Assembly (NCBI GenBank): GCA_036399015.1
Contig: DASWNW010000038.1
Span: 122,934-186,933, forward strand
Direction of reading: 5' to 3'
Origin: Thermoanaerobaculia bacterium
GTDB lineage: Bacteria; Acidobacteriota; Thermoanaerobaculia; Gp7-AA8
DNA length: 64,000 nt
Below are positions 50,521-60,258 of this stretch, one piece after another. How positions within the stretch are numbered: the stretch's first letter is position 1; each line of letters opens with the position of its first letter. The translations under genes and the position numbers were made by a program. The notes below the pieces were generated by a model. It worked only from the letters and a program-made list of their open reading frames with translations. It was not told the origin of the DNA and did no database searches.

Positions 50521-51414
50521 ATGGAAAAGATCACTCCCCATCTCTGGTTCGACAACGAGGCGAAGGAAGCGGGGACGTTCTACACGTCGCTCTTCGAGGG
50601 CTCGCGCGTCAAGAGCACGACCACGCTGCACGACACGCCGTCCGGGTCGGTCGACATCGTCACGATCGAGCTCGCGGGGCAGGAGCTCACGCTCCTCTCC
50701 GCCGGCCCGCTGTTCAAGTTCACGCCGGCGATCTCCTTCCTCGTCTCGTGCACCAGCATCGAGGAAGTGGACCGGTTATGGAGCGGGCTCTCGCACGGCG
50801 GCTCGGTGCTCATGGAGCTCGGCTCGTATCCGTTCAGCGAGCGGTACGGATGGACGCAGGACCGCTACGGCCTCTCCTGGCAGGTGCTCTACGCGGGAAA
50901 CCGGCCGATCCGTCAGAAGATCACGCCGACGCTGATGTTCACGGAGAAGCAGAGCGGCAAGGCCGAAGAGGCGATGACGTTCTACGCGTCGGTATTCCAC
51001 GACGCGCGGATCGACTCGATCAACCGCTACGGAGCGGGCGAAGAGCCCGATCGCGAGGGGACGGTCCGGCATGCCGTCTTCACGCTCGAGGGGCAGGAGT
51101 TCGCCGCGATGGACAGCGCGCACGCGCACGGCTTCGGCTTCAACGAGGCGATCTCGCTGATGGTGCACTGCCGGACGCAGGAGGAGATCGACTATTACTG
51201 GGACCGGCTCTCCTCCGATCCCGCCGCGGAGCAGTGCGGCTGGCTGAAGGACAAGTACGGCCTGGCGTGGCAGATCGTGCCGGACGAGATGGACGCGATG
51301 CTCGCGAGCGCCGACCAGGCGACGGTCGCGCGCGTCACCGAGGCGTTCCTGAAGATGAAGAAGTTCGACCTGGCGAAGCTGAGGGAGGCGGCGGCGGGGA
51401 GACCACAATCATGA
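50521..51414 (+). CDS. VOC/glyoxalase-fold family protein with duplicated PhnB/3-demethylubiquinone-9 3-methyltransferase-like domains.
   Basis: The two halves have the same pattern (ITPHLWF...YGLSWQV and ITPTLMF...YGLAWQI). The RBS gaggagg lies upstream of ATG 50521. Confidence 0.65.
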   Translation: MEKITPHLWFDNEAKEAGTFYTSLFEGSRVKSTTTLHDTPSGSVDIVTIELAGQELTLLSAGPLFKFTPAISFLVSCTSIEEVDRLWSGLSHGGSVLMELGSYPFSERYGWTQDRYGLSWQVLYAGNRPIRQKITPTLMFTEKQSGKAEEAMTFYASVFHDARIDSINRYGAGEEPDREGTVRHAVFTLEGQEFAAMDSAHAHGFGFNEAISLMVHCRTQEEIDYYWDRLSSDPAAEQCGWLKDKYGLAWQIVPDEMDAMLASADQATVARVTEAFLKMKKFDLAKLREAAAGRPQS

Positions 51415-52668
51415 AGACACTCGCGCTGCTCCTCTTCTCGATGACGCTGTACGGCTGCGCGTCGACGGGCGCCGTGCAGCGCGAGATGCAGGCAGCCATC
51501 GACGCGTCGATCGAAGCCGACCGGCGGCGCGACGTCGCCACGGTGGACACGAACCAGCACCTCGTGCGGACGGTGCGCGGTCGGGAGGAAACCCGGTCGA
51601 GCGCATCAGCAATATCCGTCACCGGGAGACGTGGGTGCGTACGCCCGGCGGCTGGAAGACGCGGCGGGTCGAGGAGACGGAGCAGGGGCCCGTCACGGTG
51701 GCCGGCGCCCCGGTGCCGTTCGACGCGGCGGGTACGGCGTTCGTCCGCAAGATCCGCATGGAAGGGATCGCGGCGGCGGTGGCGGCATTCGAGGCGGAGC
51801 GCAGCCGCAACGCGGACGCCGTTCCGTTCGAAGAGCGGACGCTCAACGCCGCCGGCTACCGGCTGATGGCGGAGGGACGAAAAACGGACGCCATCGAGGT
51901 GTTCAAGCTGAACGTGCGGGCGTATCCGCAATCGACGAACGTCTACGACAGCCTGGCCGAGGCGCATCTGGAGACGGGAGACGAAGCGGCGGCGGCGATG
52001 GGTGCCACCGGACGTCGAGCTGCGGCCGGACCTCGTCTACACGACGCGGCCACGAGTGCTGCGCATGCGCGTCCTCCTGCCGCGCAACGGCGCCGCCGCC
52101 GTGAATGCTCGATCGAGTACCGGCTCTCCGGCGAGGCGCTCTTCCCCGCGCAGACGACGTCCGGGCGGCCATCGAGTATCTCCGCTCGCATGCGGGTGAG
52201 CTGGGAATCGATCCGCGGCGGGTGGCGGTCTGGGGGCAGTCTGCGGGCGGGCAGCTCGCCGCGCTCGCCGGAGCGAGCCTCGAAGGCGCGGCACGCGCCG
52301 ACGCGGTGATCGACTGGAACGGACCGGCGGACTTTCTCGAGCCGGCGGAGCTCGCGCGGCTGGAGCGGAAAGCGGAGCAGAAGCAGCCGACGACGGCCAT
52401 GGAGCGCCTCCTCGGCGGACCAGTGAACGAACGCCGCGAGCTCGCCCTCGCCGCCAGCCCCGTCCGGTGGGTCACGCCGGGCGATCCGCCGTTCCTCATC
52501 CTGCACGGAAGTGCCGACCAGGAGGTCTCGCTCGCGAAGGCGGGCGTCGAGGTGACGCTCCAGGTCTTTCCCGGTGAAGGGCACTTCGGCGTCGGACCGC
52601 AGCCGTTTCCCGACAAGTACTGCGCGCCGATGGATGCGTTCCTCGACAGGCACTTCGGCCGGCCGTAG
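51411..52668 (+). pseudogene. Degraded lipoprotein alpha/beta-hydrolase (esterase, fold-3/HSL-like). It has at least two frameshifts and an internal deletion.
   Basis: A lipoprotein signal (MKTLALLLFSMTLYGCAS) is followed by frame switches near 51590 and 52150. The IEYRLSGEALFPAQ and DDVRAAIEYLRSHAGELGIDPRRVAVWGQSAGG motifs are in different frames. The HGGG oxyanion region is missing. Confidence 0.45.
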
Positions 52669-52701
52669 CTCCTTCCCCTCACCCGCTACAATGCAGCGAC
52701 C

Positions 52702-53496
52702 ATGTCCTCCCCTCAGGTCGTTGCGGAAGCAGTCGTGCGGGGGATCGAGGTGCGCGAGCTCGTCTACCACGGCGGGCTGATTCCCCGCCACGCGCATGCG
52801 ACCGCCGGCTTCTGCCTCGTCCTCGACGGACAGTACGAGGAGCGCTACACCGTCCGCACGCTGGCGTGTGCGGCGCGCACGGTGACGTTCAGCCCCGCCG
52901 GAGAGGAGCACGAGAACGTCTTCGCCGCCACCCGCTCGCACTGCCTCACGGTCGACGTGCCGGAGAGCTGGGTGGACCGGCTGGAGGGAAACCGCGCGCG
53001 GCTGCGCGAGCCGTTCGAGACGCGCGGCGGCACGCTCGCCACGCTGGCCGGGCGGCTGCTGCACGAGCTGCGCGGCGGCGACGACACGGCCCGCCTCATC
53101 ATCGAAGGCACCGTCCTCGAGCTCCTCGGCCACGCGGCCCGCAGCAGCGCCGCCCGCCGTCGCGAAGCGCAGATCAGCCCCGCCATCCGCCGCACCTACG
53201 AGCTGCTGCAGGCGAGCTACCGGCAGCCGGTCTCCCTCGGCAACCTCGCCGCGGCCACCGGGCGCCATCCCGCCTACATCGCCACCGCCTTCCGCGAGGC
53301 GTACGGCGAGACGGTCGGCGACTGCCTGCGCCGCCTTCGCGTCAACGACGCCTCACGGTCCCTCGGCCAGAGCGACCTGCCGATCGCCGAGGTCGCGCTC
53401 GCGTCCGGCTTCGCCAACCAGAGCCATCTCACGCGCGTCTTCAAACGCGCCACCGGCGTCACGCCGGCCGAGTACCGCCGCCGCCGGCAGGGCTGA
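52702..53496 (+). CDS. AraC-family transcriptional regulator.
   Basis: The C-terminal HTH_AraC signature is ...ASGFANQSHLTRVFKRATGVTPAEYRRR. Confidence 0.8.
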   Translation: MSSPQVVAEAVVRGIEVRELVYHGGLIPRHAHATAGFCLVLDGQYEERYTVRTLACAARTVTFSPAGEEHENVFAATRSHCLTVDVPESWVDRLEGNRARLREPFETRGGTLATLAGRLLHELRGGDDTARLIIEGTVLELLGHAARSSAARRREAQISPAIRRTYELLQASYRQPVSLGNLAAATGRHPAYIATAFREAYGETVGDCLRRLRVNDASRSLGQSDLPIAEVALASGFANQSHLTRVFKRATGVTPAEYRRRRQG

Positions 53497-53568
53497 AGCT
53501 GAATCGGGGACAAAGGACCTGAATCGGGAGAAAGACGCCTCGCGCGGGGCGCTGGTACCGTCGCGCGC

Positions 53569-56500
53569 ATGACCCGCCTCCTCCTCGTCCTGTTCGCCGC
53601 GATGACGCTCACGGCGGACGACGCCCCGACGCGCCTCCTCCGCTACCCCGAGCTCCACGGCGATCGCCTCGTCTTCACCTACGCCGGCGATCTCTGGAGC
53701 GTCTCCGCCGCCGGCGGCGATGCGTACCGTCTCACCGCGCACGAGGGCAACGAGTACCTCCCCCGCATCGCGCCCGGCGGCCAGTGGATCGCCTTCAGCG
53801 CCGAGTACGAGGGGAACATGGACGTCTACGTCATGCCGGCGGCCGGCGGCGAGCCGCGGCGCCTGACCTGGCACCCGACGGCCGACCGCGTCATCACCTG
53901 GACGCCGGACGGGAAGATCGTCTTCCGCTCGAAGCGGAGCAGCGTGGTGCAGTCGTACGACCGGCTCTTCACCATCGCCGCCACCGGAGGCGTCCCCGAA
54001 GAGCTGCCGCTGCCCGCGGCGGGGATGAGCTCCTTCTCCCCCGACGGGAAGAAGATCACATTCAATCCGATCGCCACCGAATCGCAGTACTGGAAGCGCT
54101 ATCGCGGCGGGACGCAGTCGCACATCGCCATCTACGACTTCGTTTCGAAGCAGTACGAGGAGGTGCCGCACACCGACGCCGGCGACCTCTTTCCGATGTG
54201 GTCCGGCGGCGCGATCTACTTTGTCTCGGATCGTGACGGCGTGATGAATCTCTACCGCTACGACCTCGCCTCGCGCGCGATCGTCCAGCTCACCCGTCAC
54301 ACGGAGTACGACGTGAAGTGGCCGAGCCTCGCCGCGGACGGCTCGGGACGCATCGCCTACACCAGCGGCGGCACGCTCTACATCTACGATGTCGCCAAGG
54401 CCGCGGCCGCGCCGGTCGCGATCCGGGTCCGCAGCGACGCACCCGCGACACGCGTCACGGCGGTCAACGCACAGAAGTGGCTGCAGACCGTCGGGCTCTC
54501 GCCGTCCGGCGTGCGCGCGCTGGTCGGCGCGCGCGGCGAGGTCTTCACCGTGCCGGCGAAAGAGGGAGAGATCCGCAACCTCACGCAGACCTCGGGCGCG
54601 CGCGAGCTCTGGCCGGCGTGGTCGCCCGACGGCAAATGGATCGCCTACGCCTCCGACCGGAGCGGCGAGTACGAGCTCTACGTCCGCCCGCAGGACGGCA
54701 GTGGCGCCGAGCGCCGCCTCACCTCCCTCGGCCCCGGCTTCCGCTCCGCGCTGACGTGGTCGCCCGACTCGAAGAAGATCGCCTTCGCCGAGCTGTCGCA
54801 GGCGCTCGCGTACGTCGACGTCGACAGCGGCAAGGTGACGACGATCGACCGCTCCGACTACGGCAGCATCGACGAGCTCGACTGGTCGCCCGACAGCCGC
54901 TGGCTGGTCTACGCGAAGCCGGGCGCCAATCTCCTCCGGCAGCTCTTCGCGCGTGCGCTCGACGGCGACCGGCCCATCCCGCTCACCGACGGCCGCACCG
55001 ACGACAGCGATCCCCAGTTCGACGACGACGGCCGCTACGTCTGGTTCCTCTCGAAGCGGACGTTCACCCCCCGCTTCAGCGACTTCGAGAAGACCTTCAA
55101 CTTCAACGCGTCGACCGGGATCTACGCACTGCCGCTGCGCCGCGACGTTCCCTCGCCGTTCGCGCCGAAGTCGGACGAGGAGAATGCGCCGAAACGCGCC
55201 GAAGCGGAGAAGCCGGTGGTCGTGCGGATCGACGCCGGCGTCGTGCAGAACCGGGTCGTCCCGGTAGCGGTCGATGCGGGCGATTACGACCAGCTCCGCT
55301 TCTCGAAGGGGCGCCTCTTCTATCTCGCCGGCACCGAGGACGCGAAGACGCTGCGCGCGTACGACGTCGCGGAGCGGAGCGAGCGGACGGCGATCGAGAA
55401 GATCTCCGCCTATGACCTCAGCGAGAACGGCGAGCGGCTGATCTACCGCACCGGCACCTCGGCCGGCATCATCGACGCCGGCGCAAGCGGCAAGGCGGGA
55501 GACGGCGCGCTGCGCTTCGACAACCTCACCATGCGTCTGGACCGCCGCGCGGAGTGGAAGCAGATCTTCGACGAGGCGTGGCGGATGTTGCGCGACAACT
55601 TCTACGACCCGACCATGCGCGGCGTCGACTGGACGGCCATGAAACGCCGCTACGAGGCGGAGCTGCCGTACGTGGCGCTGCGCTCGGACCTCAACTTCCT
55701 GATCGGCGAGATGCACGCGGAGCTCGGCGTCTCCCACATCACCGCCTCCGGCGGCGACACGCTCGACCTGCGCCGCACGGCCGCGGGTCTCCTCGGCGCC
55801 GACTTCGACGTCGCGGACGGCTGCTATCGCATCCGCCGCATCTATCGCGGCGACAACACGATGCCCGAGGCGCGGGCGCCGCTGGCGGACGCCGGGATCG
55901 ACGTGCGCGAGGGGGACTACATCCTGGCCGTGAACGGCCGCCCGCTGCGGGCGCCGGAGTCGCTGTTCGCCGCGTTCGAGGAGACGGCGGGGAAGCAGGT
56001 GACGCTGCAGGTGAACGACAAGCCGCAGCAGAGCGGCGCGCGCACGGTGGTCGTCGTCCCGGTGGCGAGCGACGCGACGCTGCGCTACCTCGACTGGACC
56101 GCCACGAATCGCCGCAAGGTGGAGGAGGCGACGCAGGGCCGCTGTGCCTACGTGCATCTGCCCAGCACCGCGCATGAGGGGATCGCCGCGTTCGGCCGCC
56201 AGTTCTACGCGCAGAGCGATCGCGACTGCCTCCTGCTCGACGCCCGCTGGAACACCGGCGGCTTCATCCCCGACTTTTTCTTCGAGCGCCTCGCGCGGCG
56301 GCACCTCGAGTACGACGCTCCCCGTTACGGCGCCGACGAGCATCACCAGCGCCCTGCCATCCTCGGACCGAAGGTGCTGGTCATCAACGAATACGCGGGC
56401 TCCGGCGGCGACTCGGTCGCCGACTACTTCCGCAAGTACGCGCTCGGGCCGATCGTCGGGAAGCGCACCTGGGGCGGTCTGATGGGCATCGGGAGCGAGC

Positions 56501-56745
56501 TGCCGATGATCGACCACGGCCGCGTGACCGTCCCGAACATCTCCGCCTGGGACGTGGTCGACGGCAAGAGCACCTGGATCGTCGAGAACCGCGGCGTCGA
56601 GCCCGACATCGAGGTCGACAACCGCCCCGACCTGGTGATGCAGGGACGCGACCCGCAACTCGAACGGGGCATCACCATCCTCGTCGAGACGCTGGCGAAG
56701 CATCCGCCGGTGAAGCCGCAACGTCCGCCCTACGGCGGCAACTAG
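53569..56745 (+). CDS. Tricorn protease homologue (S41 peptidase with beta-propeller and PDZ domains).
   Basis: 1058 aa. It has an N-terminal signal, repeated TolB/WD-like propeller motifs (WSPDGKWIAY), and a C-terminal S41 catalytic region with GSGGD. Confidence 0.85.
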   Translation: MTRLLLVLFAAMTLTADDAPTRLLRYPELHGDRLVFTYAGDLWSVSAAGGDAYRLTAHEGNEYLPRIAPGGQWIAFSAEYEGNMDVYVMPAAGGEPRRLTWHPTADRVITWTPDGKIVFRSKRSSVVQSYDRLFTIAATGGVPEELPLPAAGMSSFSPDGKKITFNPIATESQYWKRYRGGTQSHIAIYDFVSKQYEEVPHTDAGDLFPMWSGGAIYFVSDRDGVMNLYRYDLASRAIVQLTRHTEYDVKWPSLAADGSGRIAYTSGGTLYIYDVAKAAAAPVAIRVRSDAPATRVTAVNAQKWLQTVGLSPSGVRALVGARGEVFTVPAKEGEIRNLTQTSGARELWPAWSPDGKWIAYASDRSGEYELYVRPQDGSGAERRLTSLGPGFRSALTWSPDSKKIAFAELSQALAYVDVDSGKVTTIDRSDYGSIDELDWSPDSRWLVYAKPGANLLRQLFARALDGDRPIPLTDGRTDDSDPQFDDDGRYVWFLSKRTFTPRFSDFEKTFNFNASTGIYALPLRRDVPSPFAPKSDEENAPKRAEAEKPVVVRIDAGVVQNRVVPVAVDAGDYDQLRFSKGRLFYLAGTEDAKTLRAYDVAERSERTAIEKISAYDLSENGERLIYRTGTSAGIIDAGASGKAGDGALRFDNLTMRLDRRAEWKQIFDEAWRMLRDNFYDPTMRGVDWTAMKRRYEAELPYVALRSDLNFLIGEMHAELGVSHITASGGDTLDLRRTAAGLLGADFDVADGCYRIRRIYRGDNTMPEARAPLADAGIDVREGDYILAVNGRPLRAPESLFAAFEETAGKQVTLQVNDKPQQSGARTVVVVPVASDATLRYLDWTATNRRKVEEATQGRCAYVHLPSTAHEGIAAFGRQFYAQSDRDCLLLDARWNTGGFIPDFFFERLARRHLEYDAPRYGADEHHQRPAILGPKVLVINEYAGSGGDSVADYFRKYALGPIVGKRTWGGLMGIGSELPMIDHGRVTVPNISAWDVVDGKSTWIVENRGVEPDIEVDNRPDLVMQGRDPQLERGITILVETLAKHPPVKPQRPPYGGN

Positions 56746-56752
56746 ACCAACG

Positions 56753-57765
56753 TCAGTGGAGGCACGGCCGCGCGCGATCTTCGAGCCACGCTAAGACCGT
56801 CGTGGCGACGGAGCGTGTGAACTCCCCCTCGACGAAGTGATCCATCCCCGGCACGACCACCAGGCGGGCCGCGCCGGGATGGCGGCGGTTGACCATGGCC
56901 ACGATCCGTTCGTGGTCGTCGCCGCTCATGATCCAGTCGCGATCGCCCCAGATGACGAGCGTGGGCGCCGAGACCTTCGACCAGGCGCCGGCGAGGTTGA
57001 GGTCCTGGAGCTGGTGGTAGAACGCCGCCGGCCTTCCGTACTGGCGTGCCGGGTCGCCTTCCCAGAGACCCGCGAGGTGCGGCTTCTGGCGGATGACGTC
57101 GCCGGGAAGCTTCTTCTCCAGGAGATAGCCGGAGTAGAGCTCCGCGTAGCCGCGCATCCGGTCGGCGACGTCGCCCGGCGACAGCTGCCGGCGCTCGGCG
57201 TCGCGGCGCAGCAGCTCCATCATGTGCTCGAACCAGGTCTTCGACCAGCCGTTGACGACGACGTAGCCGGCGACGCGCTGGTCTCCCGCGACGACGGGCA
57301 GAATGCCGCCGCCGTTGCTCATGCCGACGAGAAAGACGCGGTCCGGATCGACCCATGGGTGCTGCCTCAGCATCTCCAGGCCGGCGCGGTAGCCGGCGAG
57401 CTCCGTCGCAAAGTCGGCGTCGGCGCATTTCGGTCCCTCGCTCGCGCCGAGGCCGGGCTTCTCGACGCGCAGCATGACCATGCCGGATTCGCGCGCGAGC
57501 TGCCGCGTCAGGGTGAGCATGCCGTCGAGCTCCGCGGCGCGCACCTCCACGCCGTCGCAACTGAGCCACGGCACGAGCATGAGCGCCGGCAGGCGGCCGC
57601 TCGTGCCGGAGGGGCGCGTCAGGATGGTCTGCACGCGAAAGCCGCGGCCGTTGGGGAGGAGGCCGTGTACCGTCTCCAGGCCTTCCAGAGCCTCGGTCGC
57701 GGGAGGCGCCTGCGCGAGGGCCGAGGCGGCGGCGAGGAGGAGGAGCAGCGCGGTCATTCGTCTCA
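56753..57765 (-). CDS. Secreted alpha/beta-hydrolase (dienelactone-hydrolase/S9-like).
   Basis: A signal peptide (MRRMTALLLLLAAASALA) and a nucleophile elbow (GMSNGG) are present. Confidence 0.7.
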
Positions 57766-57785
57766 TGCGGATGGGACGGAGCACT

Positions 57786-57816
57786 CGCCCTTTTTCTTCC
57801 ATGGAAGAAAAGCGGG
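57786..57816. promoter_or_regulatory. AT-rich perfect 18-bp palindrome TTTCTTCCATGGAAGAAA (extended imperfect arms) in the divergent promoter region.
   Basis: It lies between the hydrolase start (57765) and the ECF sigma start (57853). It is a conspicuous AT-rich dyad in a 70% GC background. Confidence 0.4.
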
Positions 57817-57852
57817 GCACCCTGCGTCCAATCCGGCCAGAAGCGCGCCGAC

Positions 57853-58455
57853 TTGCTGATGCGGAGCGAACCCCAACCCACCGTGCAGACCGGCGATGCG
57901 GCCGGTCCGGAGGAGGTGTCGGTCCGCCGGCTGATCGAGTCGTGTCAGGCGGGCGACCGGGCGGCGCTGGAGCTTTTTTTCGAGAGGTATCGCGACGAGG
58001 TGTTCACGATGGCGGTCAGTCTGTGCGGCGACGAGGTGCTGGCGGGCGACATCGCCCAGGACGTGTTCCTGAAAGTCATGACGCGCATCCGGCAGTTCCG
58101 CTTCGACGCGGGGGTCACGACCTGGCTGTACCGGATCGTCCTGAACACGTTCCTCGATCACCGCCGCTCGCGGCGCCACGAGAACCTCGCGTTCGAGGAG
58201 CTGATGGTCGCGCACGCGGCCACGCAGCACGCCGACGTGGAACGGCGCGAGACGGCGCGCCTCGTTCGCGCCGCCATCACGACGCTCCGCCCCAAGCTGC
58301 GGATGCCGCTCGTCCTGCGATACGTCTCCGGGCTCTCGTACGAGGAGAGCGCCGCCGTCCTCGGCATCGCGGTCGGCACCGTGGCCTCGCGTCTGAGCAG
58401 GGCGCATGCGGCTCTGGCGGACAAACTGCGGCCTCTCGTGGAGCGGGAACGATGA
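57853..58455 (+). CDS. ECF-subfamily RNA polymerase sigma-70 factor.
   Basis: Region 2 (...VFLKVMTRIRQFRF.....TWLYRIVLNTFLDHRR) and region 4 (LSYEESAAVLGIAVGTVASRLSRA) are present. Confidence 0.85.
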   Translation: MLMRSEPQPTVQTGDAAGPEEVSVRRLIESCQAGDRAALELFFERYRDEVFTMAVSLCGDEVLAGDIAQDVFLKVMTRIRQFRFDAGVTTWLYRIVLNTFLDHRRSRRHENLAFEELMVAHAATQHADVERRETARLVRAAITTLRPKLRMPLVLRYVSGLSYEESAAVLGIAVGTVASRLSRAHAALADKLRPLVERER

Positions 58456-59273
58456 TCGGCGGACATGTGGAGCGCGAGCTGGTGGCGTATCACGACGGCG
58501 AACTGCCCGAGGCGGAACGCCAGCGCGTGGAGGCTCACGTCACGCGTTGTGCGCGATGCCGCCGCCGTTCCGAGGCGATCGCGCTGTCGAGGGAGTTCGT
58601 CGCCGCGCTCCCGCCGCGGCAGATGCCGGCGGAGCGGGCCGAGGCCATCCGCGCGTCGCTGCGCCGCGGCGAGGTACGCGCGACAAGGTTCCCGCGCGTG
58701 CGCTGGATGGCCGCCGCGGCGTCAGTCGCGGTGGCGGTCGCGTGCACGTATCTGCTGTTGCAGCCGCGCGTGAGCTTCGTTCCTCCCGCGGCGTCGCCGC
58801 GGTCGATCGAGCGGCGGGCGATGGCGCTGCACCGGGAGTGGGCGGGAGGAACGTTCGCCCTCGCCTATCGCTCCACCTCGCCCGCGGAGGTCCGCACGTT
58901 CGTGCGAACGGGTCTCGGCGTCGCGGCGAATCTCCCCCTCCAGGTGCCGTCGCGCCGGCACGAGCTGTTCGGCGCCTCACCGGTCGCGATCGACGGCGGG
59001 CGCGGCGCCGCCATCGCCTACCGCATCGCAAACCAGCCGGTACTGCTGCTCACGTCGACCGAGTTGCGCGACCCGCCGCGCAACCCGCGCATCGCCAAAC
59101 GGGTGGAGGTGCGGCGGGAGCCGTCCGGCGCACGGATCCTCACCTGGGCGGGGAGCGACGAGACGTACACGCTCGTCGTCCCGCGCGGCGTCGCCGCGGC
59201 GGAAGCATGCGCGATGTGTCACCGCGACCGCGAGCGCCTCGCGCTCATCCGCCGCGCCGCGTCGGGTGTGTAG
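58452..59273 (+). CDS. Anti-sigma factor (zinc-finger type) with one TM helix.
   Basis: It has an ATGA overlap with the sigma gene. The HVTRCARCR zinc motif is present. A TM segment (AAASVAVAVACTYLLL) is present. Confidence 0.65.
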   Translation: MIGGHVERELVAYHDGELPEAERQRVEAHVTRCARCRRRSEAIALSREFVAALPPRQMPAERAEAIRASLRRGEVRATRFPRVRWMAAAASVAVAVACTYLLLQPRVSFVPPAASPRSIERRAMALHREWAGGTFALAYRSTSPAEVRTFVRTGLGVAANLPLQVPSRRHELFGASPVAIDGGRGAAIAYRIANQPVLLLTSTELRDPPRNPRIAKRVEVRREPSGARILTWAGSDETYTLVVPRGVAAAEACAMCHRDRERLALIRRAASGV

Positions 59274-59282
59274 CCCGCGCGA

Positions 59283-60167
59283 TCACCGGCAGACTTCGCG
59301 AACGCAGCCGCGCAGCCAGCGGTGCGCGGCGTCGGCGTCGAGGCGCGGGTGCCAGAGCAGCGAGACCGTGACCTCCTCCAGCGCGACCGGGAGCGCGAAG
59401 GTGTGCAGGCCGTTGCGAAGGTGGCCGGTATGCCGCTCCGGCACGCTCGCGATCAGGTCCGACCCGCGGGCGAGCGCGAGCGCGGCGGAGAAGCCGCTGA
59501 CGATCGCGGAGATGGTCCGTTCGCGGCCGGCACGCGCCAGCGCCTCGTCGATGAGCCCCCGTTCGCCGAGGCGCGACACCAGAACGTGGCGGGCGGCTGC
59601 ATAGCGGGCGAGCGTCACTTTCGCGCGGCTCAGCGGATGTCCCTTGCGGACCACCCCGACGAAGCAATCGCGAAAGAGCGCCTGCGCGCGCAGCTCGGGG
59701 CCGGTCGTCTGCTCCACGACACCCGTCTCCAGGTCGACGGCCGCCTCACGAAGCGGCGCGGCGTCTTTGTCGAGTTTCTGCACGAAACGCAGCCGCACGC
59801 CCGGCGCGTCCCTGGCCACGCGCGCGAGCAGCGCCGGACCGAAGTTCTCGACGAAGCCGTCGCTCGTGCGGAGGGTGAACGTGCGCGCGAGCTGCCGGAG
59901 GTCGAGCTTGTCCGCGGGACGGAGGACGCCGCGCGCCGCGTCGACCAGCGGCCCGACCTCACCGCGCAGCTCGAGCGCGCGCGGCGTCGGCACGAGGCCG
60001 CGGCCGGCGCGGACGAGGAGCGGATCACCCGTCGTCTGCCGCAGCCGCGCGAGCGTCCGGCTCATCGCGGACGGGCTCAGACGCAGGCGCGCCGCCGCGC
60101 GGGCGACGTTCCCCTCGGCGAGCAGCACGTCGAGCGCGACGAGCAGATTCAGGTCGGGATCGGACAT
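59283..60167 (-). CDS. LysR-family transcriptional regulator.
   Basis: An N-terminal HTH (LNLLVALDVLLAEGNVARAAARLRLSPSAMSRTLARLR) is followed by a LysR substrate-binding region. Confidence 0.8.
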   Translation of the reverse strand: MSDPDLNLLVALDVLLAEGNVARAAARLRLSPSAMSRTLARLRQTTGDPLLVRAGRGLVPTPRALELRGEVGPLVDAARGVLRPADKLDLRQLARTFTLRTSDGFVENFGPALLARVARDAPGVRLRFVQKLDKDAAPLREAAVDLETGVVEQTTGPELRAQALFRDCFVGVVRKGHPLSRAKVTLARYAAARHVLVSRLGERGLIDEALARAGRERTISAIVSGFSAALALARGSDLIASVPERHTGHLRNGLHTFALPVALEEVTVSLLWHPRLDADAAHRWLRGCVREVCR

Positions 60168-60258
60168 CGGCCGCACCGTAACACATGGCGTGCGGTGCAC
60201 GAGTAGAGTGCAATTCGTGCGTCTTCCGCCCTGACCGCCACGGCCCTATGTTCGGAAC

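Noticed and set aside
51943-53268. 441-aa minus-strand ORF.
   Set aside because: It is antisense to the AraC regulator and the degraded esterase locus. No motifs.
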